A stretch of DNA of 63,429 bases, the filler included, from Octopus bimaculoides (lineage: Eukaryota), in the NCBI RefSeq assembly GCF_001194135.2. It is 4 parts of 4 records of this genome, joined end to end, with 100 filler letters (N's around TTAATTAATTAA, not from the genome) between each part and the next. Parts side by side here need not be neighbours in the genome. Positions count along the whole stretch, not along the records: positions 25,530 to 38,712 come from NC_068987.1; 3 more parts are not named here. One strand, given 5' to 3'. The notes beneath the pieces are model-generated. The model was not told the origin of the DNA, searched no databases, and worked only from the letters and a program-made list of their open reading frames with translations. Positions within the stretch are counted from its first letter, which is position 1, and the number at the start of each line of letters is the position of its first letter. Shown here piece by piece: positions 25,625 to 36,287 of this stretch. A program made the position numbers and the translations under genes.

Positions 25625-25862
25625 GAAAGGCGCTTGAGGCAGCGAGTTTGAAGAATCGTTAGCATGCCGGGGAAAAAAAAAGCTCAGTAACATTTCGTCT
25701 GTCTATATGTTCTGAGTTCAAATTCCACCGAAGTTGAATTTGCTTTTCATCCTTTTGGGGGTCGATAAGTTAAGCAACAGTGAAACACTGGAATCGATGT
25801 AATCAACTGGGCCCTCTCTCCCTAAATTTCAGGCCTTGTGCCTATAATAGAAAGGATTATTA
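25625..25862 (+). mobile_element. SINE family A monomer
   Basis: AAGGCGCTTGAGGCAGCGAG..AGAATCGTTAGC head, GAGTTCAAATTCC, and TTTCAGGCCTTGTGCCTATAATAGAAAGGATTAT tail. Confidence 0.8.
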
Positions 25863-26749
25863 AAGATTTTACTAACTGATAGAATCGCTAATCCACCGGA
25901 CAAAATTCGTACTGCATTTCGCTCATCACTGTTTTCTGAGTTCAAATTCCGCTGATGTCGACTTTTTTTTCATTCTTTCTGGGTCAAAATGTTAAGTATT
26001 TCGCCCGTCTGTACTCTCTGAGTTGAAGAACCACCGAGCTCGACTTTATCTTTCGGGAGTCAGTTTTACCTTTCATCCTTTCGGAGTCATTAAAGTAAAT
26101 ACCAGTTGAACATCGGATCGATGCCATTGTCTAACACTATAGCCTGAAAACTTGAGAGTTTCTGCTTATAAGTGAAGAAAAAACAAAAAGGATAATGTCG
26201 GTGTGCTGGCAGAATTGTGAGCACGTCGGAAATAAACGCTTAGCGACTTTTCGTCTGGTTTTATGATTTGAGTTCAAGGTCCGCATAGGTAAACTTAACC
26301 TTTTATCTTTTCAAGGATGATCGTATAAGAACGAGTTCAGGAGCATTCGACTATTCCTCTCACTATTCATCTTTGTTATAGTGGAAATATTTTTGTTGCT
26401 GTAGTTAAGGGGGAATATGAGCGAGCAGAATTGTGAGTGGTGTCAATGTAATCGGTTTACCCACCTCTTCAAATTGTTTTTTTTTTGTGCCAAAACTGGA
26501 AGCCATTACTATTATTATTTCAGCTCTTGGTGTTCTGAATCAAATTTCCACTGAGAATATGCTTTTCATCCATTCAGGGTCGATAAAATAAAGCACCATT
26601 CAAGTGCTGGGGTCGATTTAATCTACTTATCCCCTTCCCTCAAAAATGCCTTGTACCTAACATAGTAATAATTCTTTTATTGAGAGTTGTCGTAAAGAAC
26701 CACCTATAGAAGTATTTTGATGAAACTGATAAATAATATACACAGAAAT

Positions 26750-27020
26750 TAAGGAGAAAATAAAAAATACTGTTAAAGAGAAGTTATAAATATTTGAAAA
26801 AAAACAAGAAAAGGAAACTGAACACCAGAAAGAAGATAACATAAATACAGCGGCCATTAACTACAGCTTCAATATAAGAAATTAGAAGTTAAATGAACTG
26901 AAGAACCTAGATAGGAAGCCCAGAAATCTACTTAGTGCTTTCCGATCCGACCGTACTAAAGATGATATAGATAGGATATACTTAGTATATGCACCGGGAG
27001 GGGTTGCATATATAAATAGA
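26750..27020 (+). pseudogene. R4/Dong-clade RT thumb remnant
   Basis: From 26841: INTAAINYSFNIRN*KLNELKNLDRKPRNLLSAFRSDRTKDDIDRIYLVYAPGG. This resembles the R4/Dong motif YSF.II.W....L..LDRKTRKLL......K.D.DR.YL....GG (stop at the Trp position). Confidence 0.6.
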
Positions 27021-27576
27021 AAAATAATGAAGCAACAATAGTAGATGTAATAAAATAAAATAATGTAGAAATAAACGATGTGAGACTGATTAGTATAAGA
27101 CAATTTGAAAGACAAACGGCAAAACCATGTATCTGTCTCCCTCTCATTATATATATNNNNNNNNNNNNNNNNNNNNNNNNNNNNNNNNNNNNNNNNNNNN
27201 NNNNNNNNNNNNNNNNNNNNNNNNNNNNNNNNNNNNNNNNNNNNNNNNNNNNNNNNNNNNNNNNNNNNNNNNNNNNNNNNNNNNNNNNNNNNNNNNNNNN
27301 NNNNNNNNNTATATATATATATATATTGTGTGTGAGAGTATAATAAAAGTAAAAACGAGAAGCTAAGTAGATTGAAGGGAAATGGTTTTTGATGAAGATG
27401 AGATAACATAAATATTTATTAAAAATGCTATAAAAAATAATAGATATAATCAAAGGGGAAGTAACACGAAACATACAAGTGTGTATTTATAGATTCTGTG
27501 TGGGGTTTTTTTACAGCTTAGACAAACACAGTTATTGGCTATTATATATTATATACAAATGTATAGATAGATACGC

Positions 27577-27610
<34 letters not shown>

Positions 27611-27776
27611 GTAGGTAGACAGATAGATAGGTAGGTAGATAGATAAATATGTATATATATGTATACAAAAGCTATCAGTATGCGTGTGTGGGTAGATTTA
27701 GCCCATCACATATCCACACATATGTACAACTCTGTATGGTTACGAGTGTCTATATAGATAAGTGTGTATATATAAA

Positions 27777-27846
<70 letters not shown>

Positions 27847-28269
27847 TATATATATACAAGTATTATCCACTTTGTTTCGACTATCGTCAAGATATTCCTT
27901 TATTTCAGGTAAACTATTTTGCCTGTTGCTGGTTCACTGAGGCCTTTTTCAGATGCATTTTGCCTGACAAAACACGCGGAATCTCAATCAGAAAACTCTA
28001 TTAAATTGGCACCAACAAACACATACATATGTGTGTGTGTGTTTGTGTGTGTATGTGTGTGTATGTGTGAGTTCGTGTGTGTGTGTGTGTATCCAACAAA
28101 CTTGCTGAAGTTCCAGAATAGTTAGATCGTTCAATAGAATAGTCGTGATGAGTAGTTTTCCTCCTCTCTATACACTGAGTCCATATTCTGCTGAGGTCGA
28201 CTTTGGCTTCCATCCGGAGTCGATAAAAAATTTGTAATCCAAGGCGGAGTATTAGTTAAACTAATAAAT

Positions 28270-28760
28270 TATCGGGCAAAATCTATTGCGCTATCTATTC
28301 CGACTCTTTGCTTTCTAACAGCAATGCTTGCATTGTCAAGGCGAGCTCCATGGTGATCTTTCCTTTGGTCTTTCATAGCTAGGTTGGAAAGGAAGGCTTG
28401 TATATATGTAAATATAATGAACGTTACCTCTTTATGTAATAGTTGATGTACTGAGATTAAATAAAGAGGCAACTTTCATTAATAAATATCATCCACAACT
28501 CAACATGAACACACAACATAATACAGGACACTACTAACCTTGCCAATAACGCTACTAATTTCCATACCTCCCATACACTATTCATATTCCAGTATTTATA
28601 TCTACCTAAATTGCATCACTTCCAGAACTGCTTACTTCCCTTGCATGTAATCCTTTCACTCAAGTACTATTTGACCCAACACCGTTTGCAAATCGGTGTT
28701 CATTCAAAGTCAGTGAACAGGTATTGACGATACCGGTATCTATAACGATGACTTTTATAC
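28270..28760 (+). mobile_element. Penelope-like element 3' remnant (end of GIY-YIG domain and tail)
   Basis: Frameshifted IIGQ near 28268 and KEATFINKYHPQLN near 28465-28505 (the PLE GIY-YIG C-terminal pattern E..FI.KY.P.LN), followed by a C/A-rich tail. Heavily decayed. Confidence 0.5.
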
Positions 28761-28786
28761 CTCTTAATTCTACCTCAATTCATCTA

Positions 28787-28823
<37 letters not shown>

Positions 28824-28958
28824 TTACCTTTCATAAAAAAAAGCTTTTACATTCTTTTGTATCTAATGTGCATTTTCTCTTTTTTCTTTTTACTTTTCCC
28901 CTATTTATACCACGTGTAGTCNNNNNNNNNNNNNNNNNNNNNNNNNNNNNNNNNNNNN

Positions 28959-28991
<33 letters not shown>

Positions 28992-29805
28992 AATTATTCA
29001 CGAATCTTTCTAACTAATAATAATTTACCTAATTTGCATAATTCAAAAGACTGAGATACACATACACTGTATAGTTAGCAAAATCTAAATTTTTCATAAA
29101 TATTTCGAATACCCAAAATGGTAATTTCTTTTAAATTATATATGAATATGTCTACCAAGACCTAACATTATTGTTTTCCTAATTTGTATATAGATGAATA
29201 ATTACTAATGTAATGTAAAAAGTTCTTTTCATATGACTCTAGTGGACAGTAAATCAATACTATATTTAGAAAATTTTACAACAATAATCTATTTTACAAC
29301 GGTTTTTACATTGTGGTCCACAAATTTCGTGTTGAAATGTACGTTATGCATCAAAGAAATTTATATTTAAATACATTATACAGCACAGTAAAACTTAAGT
29401 ATTTTAAATTAAGAAATATACGAAGCACTGGATTATAAGATTTTTTTATGTTTTTGCAATCATACATGTGTTGTGCTGCCGGCGGTCAGCAATCGTAGCG
29501 GAAACAATGCTTCATAGATTAAGTTTAAGGTAAGAATGGAAGTAAATAGTACAGAGTTAGTTGCACTGAATATTTAAAATTTTAATTTTTGTTTTTGCTT
29601 TTACATATTATAAAAGATCTTAAAAGTTTATGTTGGAGGAAGCCTTCCAATTTTCAGTTGTTGTATGACACATTTCATCCTTGTTTCGAATCTTTGGCTG
29701 GGCATAAGCCAAAGAAAACACGTTACGCAAAATAAAACACGTTATAAAGCTGAAAGTACATAAGGTCTTCATTTACTTATTTATTTATTGATTTATTTAT
29801 TATTA

Positions 29806-29840
<35 letters not shown>

Positions 29841-29854
29841 GTTATTATTATTAT

Positions 29855-30683
29855 GTGAAAACCCACAGCTCAGTTTGCTGGGTATGGTGGAAAGTGTCAG
29901 CTGTCCACAACCAGTAGACTAAGGTGACCCTGTTTTACTGGTCATGCTTCAAGAACCCTGCGAAGAATTCTTGCAGCTCCAAACAATGCTGATTTCTGTA
30001 AGTGTTCTACCTTCACACATGCACCGATCAGTTTCAGCCAGGTTGGTAGTTGAGTGCTGATACTTCCAAGCGCACCAATTACTATTGGTATGACATCAAC
30101 TCTCTTCAATGACCACAACCTTCGTATTTTTCACTTTAAATACTCGTAGTTGTTTGTTTTTTCTTCTTCTTTCATGTTGATCATGTTGTCACCGGGGCAT
30201 GTTATGTCGATAATCATAGATGTTCTTTCTTTTTTATTCACCACAATGGCGTCCGGTTTGCTATGTCTTTTCAGGTGATCGCAATTGATCATTACATCCC
30301 ACAGGATTTTTCTGTTCTCATTTTCGGTGACTACTTCTGGGGTTTGTTCATACAAAGTCTTTGCTCTTCGTAGACCGTGATTTCTACAGAGCTCCCAATG
30401 GATCAGTCTTGTCACATTGCCATGGCGTCGTTTGTATTCGCGTTGTGCCAATTCGGGGCTTTGGCTAACGATGTGCCATACCGTTTCACCCTTCTCACCA
30501 CACATTCTGCATTTGTTGGTAGTGTTGTCAATTTTGCACTTCATATGATTGGTCCTTAACGCTTGTAATTGAACAGTGCATATGAGTGCTTCTGTCTATA
30601 TTCTCATGTCACTCCTCCTCACTCATAGCCACCGGTCTTCTGTATCTGCCTTGACGTTCACATCTCTTTCAAACTCACCGTAC
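29855..30683 (-). mobile_element. 5'-truncated R4/Dong non-LTR retrotransposon (CCHC knuckle plus restriction-like endonuclease) inside (TAA)n
   Basis: TEALICTVQLQALRTNHMKCKID...CRMCGEKGETVWHIVS...QREYKRRH...IHWELC...KPDAIVVNKKERTSMIIDITCP...KEEEK: zinc knuckle, RH motif and PD..D endonuclease. (TTA)n lies at 29797-29854 and 30684-30760. Confidence 0.9.
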
Positions 30684-30701
30684 ATTATTATTATTATTAT
30701 A

Positions 30702-30761
<60 letters not shown>

Positions 30762-31637
30762 ACCATCACAAATCTTTAACACTTCAGCAATAGATCGAGA
30801 TGAGAGAAGAATGAATAACCTCTTTCAGGTTAGCCTCTTCGTGTAATCACACTTACTGTTTTTATTACAAACGAATTTCACAATCCGTTTCTTGCTATTT
30901 TCTCTCCGAGTGCATGTAAGGTTTTCAGGTCGCTGTTCTATATCGCTTTATCCACAGTTATGAGCTAGAAAGGACATTTTCCATGCTGATTCCGATATCG
31001 CCGCCAGTTTATGTGGATATTTTCAGAAACTTTAAGAAAGTTTAAGAAAGAGCAGTGCCCCTGGTGGTCAACTATCGTATGGAGACAATTCTTTCTAGAT
31101 CAAGAATAGATTGCAAATTTTGATTTTAAATCAAAGAGTTATTATGCAAAAGGAAATTACTGACCCTTCTGGTCTTATGAAACTAGCTGTCCACCATCAA
31201 CATTTTCATAAGGATCATAGTTGATCGATCTGGAGGGGAATATTTGCCACTGTTTTTATCGACAGTAATTTCCATGAGCGGAACAAATATTATTTACATA
31301 AGATTTTCAAGCAGTCCATATCACTCACTACAGAATCACAAATTTCGTTGCATATAATTTATGTCATCGTATCTAACATCTTTTCATCTCAAGATGAAAC
31401 AATAGAAGTTCTTCTGAAGTGATATTTTAGCTTCTAAACTAGATTAAACTAGTGTTTAATCTAGTTAAACTAGTGTTTAAACCGTTACAATATCTAACTT
31501 TATTTACACGAAGTTCATTGTTTCGAATAACTTTATGCAATTTCAGCAGTGGATAATGCAATGTTATTAGCCTTAGTTTAGATATAAAGGTTCCAACTTC
31601 CAATTTAGTTTGATATTATGTAGACATCTAGGAATGC

Positions 31638-31682
31638 GTTCTCTGATAATGATCGTGAATCATTTCGATCGAAACGTCTGAA
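31638..31682 (+). ncRNA. Degenerate minimal hammerhead ribozyme motif
   Basis: CTGATAA (G8>A) - T - GATCG/CGATC stem II - GAAAC - GTC. Confidence 0.5.
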
Positions 31683-31805
31683 AAGTCATTCACTTCTGAA
31701 ATTTTAGTTTCAAAGTCTGCAAAAATGTTAACCTTATTAACAATAACGCATAAAAGACATTTAGGTACACATACACCCACATGCATATTAATATACAAAC
31801 ACGCA

Positions 31806-31852
<47 letters not shown>

Positions 31853-31862
31853 NNNNNNNNNN

Positions 31863-31911
<49 letters not shown>

Positions 31912-33361
31912 CATATATATGTATGTATTCAAATATGTAATAGAAGCAGCGCTAGCGTAATAACATTATCGACAACACATACTTAACACACACATGGTAT
32001 GCGTGTGTGCCAGTACGTTGCGATTTGGTATGGTAGATATTATTCCTGGAAAGCACCGGGTGTTAGAACAGCTGAAAGCAATAATCTCTGAGAGAGTAGT
32101 CCTCGCCACGCCATGTCGCATGCTACGGGCAAACAAACGAGTGGCTGTGTTAAGTATGTGTTGTCGATACTGTTTATTTCACTGGCACTGCTTCTGTTTC
32201 CTATATGAATTTATTTTTACAAATGCATACCTGGGACATACCAGCACTTTGCCTTCATACTATTTACAGATAAGTCTTGGAGTGGCGTTACGATTCACGT
32301 CCAATTCTGTTCGGGTATGTGATGTTGGTAAAGCACAAAATACCGAACATCAATGTCTATCACTGAGTGGGATTTGGGGTGAGTTGTCTTGCCTGTCTAT
32401 GACTTTGAGGTGTTTTAACACACGTCGCATGAGAACAATCTTGTATATTGTTATTTTTCTGCTAATAGATTCCACTTGTAATGTGCGTATTAGGTGGTTG
32501 GTTTCTCTTTCTGAAAACACGCATCTTTTCAGGTTGTTGTTTTTTTTAGATATTTACTCAAAAAGGTAAGTGCATTAATTAATATCTGTATAAATATGAA
32601 CCTATTACCTGCGTATAGAAGCTGGAGAATTCTAAAACATTAGTCCATTCTTATCCTTTTCCGTTTTGGTTTTCGGAGATATATTCCCATTAACAAGGGC
32701 GTTGACCTCTATAAAGATACATACATTTTCCTCTCTGCAACGGACAACGTTTTATCTGGCCTGTGTATGTATGTATGTATGTATGTATGTATGTATGTAT
32801 GTATGTATGTATGTATGTATGCATGCATTATGTATGCATCTATGTATAAATAGATACATACATACATGCAAACACACATTGATAGATAGATAGATAGATA
32901 GATAGATAGGTAGATAGATAGGTAGGTAGGTAGGTAGGTAGGTAGGTAGGTAGGTAGCTGCTTATTGACTACTTTACATGAAGAATAGATTGTTTATGCG
33001 TTTCAAATACTATTTTTAATAAACAACAATACTGTGGGATTTTAAAAAGTACGTTACCCTTCAAGTGTCATGCTGCTGGTTAGACCATAGCGCATGTGTG
33101 TTTGCGAACGGGTCTAGGATATGAAAAGACAGAGAAAAGAGCTTTTGAAAATATACACACATATAACTTTCTCTACTATAAACACAAGACCTGAAATTTT
33201 GGGGTAGGGGATAAGTCGATTAGAAAACTGTCATGCTGCTGATTGGACCATAACGCAGGACTGACCATTTACATAAAAGAATATAAGGATAAAGCAAAAC
33301 ACAAACTATTAAACAGTTATATATTGTAACGTGGAACTAAGACTAGACACGAAAGTGTTAA

Positions 33362-33804
33362 TTATTCTTTTCTGCTCTAGGCACAAGGCACGAATTTTTG
33401 GGCGGAGGGGGCCAGACGATTAGATTAACCCTCAACAGGCAAATGGTACTTGATTTATCGACCCCCGAAAGGGTGGAAGGCAGCGTTGACCTGGACGGAA
33501 TTTTAACTCAGAAAACGAAAAAAACAGACGAAATACCGCTAAGCATTTCGCCCGGCGTCCAAACGTTTGTTATTTCTTTATTGCCCACAAGGGGCCACAC
33601 ACAGGGGGGACAAACAAGAATAGACAAACGGATTAAGTTGATTAGATCGACCCCAGGGCGTAACTGGTACTTATTTAATCGACTCCGAAAGGATGAAAGG
33701 CAAAGTCGACCTCGGCGGAATTTGAACTCAGAACGTAGCGGCAGACGAAATGCCGTTAAGCATTTCGCCCGGCGTGCTAACGTTTCTGCCAGCTCGCCGC
33801 CTTA
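33362..33804 (-). mobile_element. Dimeric SINE family A
   Basis: Complete TAAGGCGGCGAGCTGGCAGAAACGTTAGC head on the minus strand and the same dimer junction. Confidence 0.85.
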
Positions 33805-34884
33805 AAAGGGTTAAATATAAAGGGAGTAAATTCTTCGAGAAATCCAAACGAGTGTAATCTTTTAGAAATAAGTGTTTGTACCTCCAGAATTAAGAAAACT
33901 TCTTTATTTATTTATTTATTTATTTATTTTTTCATGTTAGAGATTTTGCTTATGCCTATGTGAATTGTCTGAATAGTCACAATCAAATAATGTTGCCATT
34001 TTGTAACTTGTTAGCTCTTTTATCACAAATAACAACTGACAATAGATGATTAATTCTAATGATGCTTGTATGTCGGCAATTGGGAATTTGAGGTGTGAAA
34101 CTCATGTAAGTATCAATAAGTAGCAAACAATACGAAGCAAAACACAATACTGCAGTGTTACAAAAATATATTAGTAGTTAATAGCACAATTTTCTGGAAA
34201 ACATTATCTGACAGATTAATTTCTTTTCATCATTATTAAATTAGACAACAGATGGAAGTCGCATTCTCTGTTCACTTTCATATTTTAAGTAAATATTAGT
34301 AATAAGACTCACGTCAAAGAAACACATACAGATGCATTACAGATGCATACAAACAAACATATTCATAAAATGCATTAAACTCATTTTCTATTCGCTGAAC
34401 TGGCTGAAACTGATCAAAGATGCGATACATGGATATCATATGATGAGGTCATAAAGTGGCCGGAACATGTTAACTTAATTACGAATTTATTCTCAATTAC
34501 CGTAAATTAACTATGCTTTTTTAATGAATTTTATTGAACTTTCTCTGACAGACAAACAGAAAAGAAATATAACAGTTATTGTTGGAATTCTGAATGAATA
34601 CGATAGATAATTTCAAGTAATTAAGAAGAAATTCCTTGTTAAAGTACAATGCTTATACTGTCGGCACAGGGCACTTCACACGGTATGTGACCGCGTCAGT
34701 GAAGCTTTTAATTATCAGTTTCAGAGAATTTAGCTGGTAAATAAAGACATAATGCATTCTGAGCCGTATTTTTCTTAATGAAAATTAAATAAGAAGTGGA
34801 GCATATGTATGCGTGTTTGTGAACGGTGGTATGGGTATCAAAGGACAGAGAAAAGAGTTTTTGAAAATATACACACACATAACA

Positions 34885-35335
34885 TTCTCAACTATAAGCA
34901 CAAGACCTGAAATTGTGGGGTAGGGGACTAGTTGATTACATCAACCTCAGTGATCAATGTGTATTTACTTCATCGCCCCACAAAGGGTGGAAAGCAATGT
35001 CGACTTCCGCAGAATTTGAACTCCGAACGTAAAGCCGAACCAAATGTCATTAAGTGTGTTGTCCACCGGCCTAAACTTGCTGCTATCTCACCACTTCACA
35101 CATACACCTTATAGTCCTTTCTACTACTAGCACAAGGCCTAGAATTTGTGGATAGGAGCACTCGTCAATTACATCGACCGCAGGGTTTCATTCATACTTA
35201 ATTCATCGACCCCCGAAAGGATGAAGGGGAAAGTCGACCGCGGTGAAATTTGAACTCACAACGTAATGACGGAAAAAATGCCGCTAAGTATTTTGTCCGA
35301 CGTGCTTAACGATTCTCTCAGCTCGACGCCTTACA
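34885..35335 (-). mobile_element. Two decayed SINE family A monomers
   Basis: CACAAG(A/G)CCT tails and GTCGAC..CG..GAA..TTTGAACTC B-box regions. Confidence 0.7.
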
Positions 35336-35548
35336 CAAAAATAATAATGCTTATGCGACGATAGTCGAATAGCCTTCCTCTGTGGCATCATCTCAATGTA
35401 AGTGAAAACTCTCACATGTGATGCAACTAAACTTTCTCTGCAGCCGCTCCTTCTGGAGATAACGAAAGAAAGTGCGTTTGTTTACACACAGACACACAGT
35501 CGCGCGCACAGACACACATACACATATGCACACATGCACACACACACC

Positions 35549-35613
<65 letters not shown>

Positions 35614-35746
35614 TATTATACATCTGTAGATGTATATAGACACATATCTGTACATATGTGTATATATCAATATGTTTGTGCGCATACACACATACATATA
35701 TAGGTATAGACGTGGATGAATATATATATTCATTTACACACGCACG

Positions 35747-35808
<62 letters not shown>

Positions 35809-35890
35809 CATACATGCATACATACATACATACAAATCAATTATTTACATTATTTACATTTGACGGATATTTATTCTCTTCTTGTTTGTT

Positions 35891-35936
35891 AACACAAGGT
35901 TTCGGCTGATATACACTCCAGCCTTCTTCAGGTGTC
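35891..35936 (-). ncRNA. Minimal type I hammerhead motif (left arm, cleavage triplet altered to CUU)
   Basis: GACAC CTGAAGA A GGCTG-loop-CAGCC GAAAC CTT GTGTT. Confidence 0.6.
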
Positions 35937-35999
35937 TTGGGGAAATTTCAAACCTGTATTCTCGTTCCTAATGTATTTTTCGATGTTATTATTATTATC

Positions 36000-36031
<32 letters not shown>

Positions 36032-36034
36032 TCA

Positions 36035-36107
36035 GGTCACTGCTTGGAATCGAACTCGGAATCTTGGGGTTAGTAGCCCGTGCTCTTAACCACTACAACA
36101 TATGCCC
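36035..36107 (-). other. tRNA-derived Pol III promoter head (not a functional tRNA)
   Basis: TGTAGTGGTTAAG A-box, GAGTTCGATTCC B-box and an anticodon-like arm GGG-CTACTAA-CCC; the acceptor stem does not pair. Confidence 0.7.
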
Positions 36108-36113
36108 GTGGGC

Positions 36114-36194
<81 letters not shown>

Positions 36195-36241
36195 TCGAAA
36201 AATACCTTAGGAAGTAGAACCCAGGTTCGAAATTTCCCCAA

Positions 36242-36287
36242 GACACCTGAAGAAGGCTGGAGGGTATATCAGCCGAAACGTTGTGTT
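36242..36287 (+). ncRNA. Minimal type I hammerhead ribozyme motif, core intact
   Basis: Stem I GACAC (36242-46) / GTGTT (36283-87); core CTGAAGA (36247-53) plus an extra A; stem II GGCTG/CAGCC; GAAAC; GTT triplet (36280-82). Confidence 0.75.

Noticed and set aside
31439-31464. Short perfect palindrome CTAGATTAAAC-TAGT-GTTTAATCTAG
   Set aside because: Only 11-bp arms in AT-rich DNA with a small adjacent duplication; probably a slippage or repair scar.
31994-32569. 191-aa ORF and nearby splice-like signals (AAG|GTAAGT at about 32565)
   Set aside because: No recognisable domain and no consistent exon chain.
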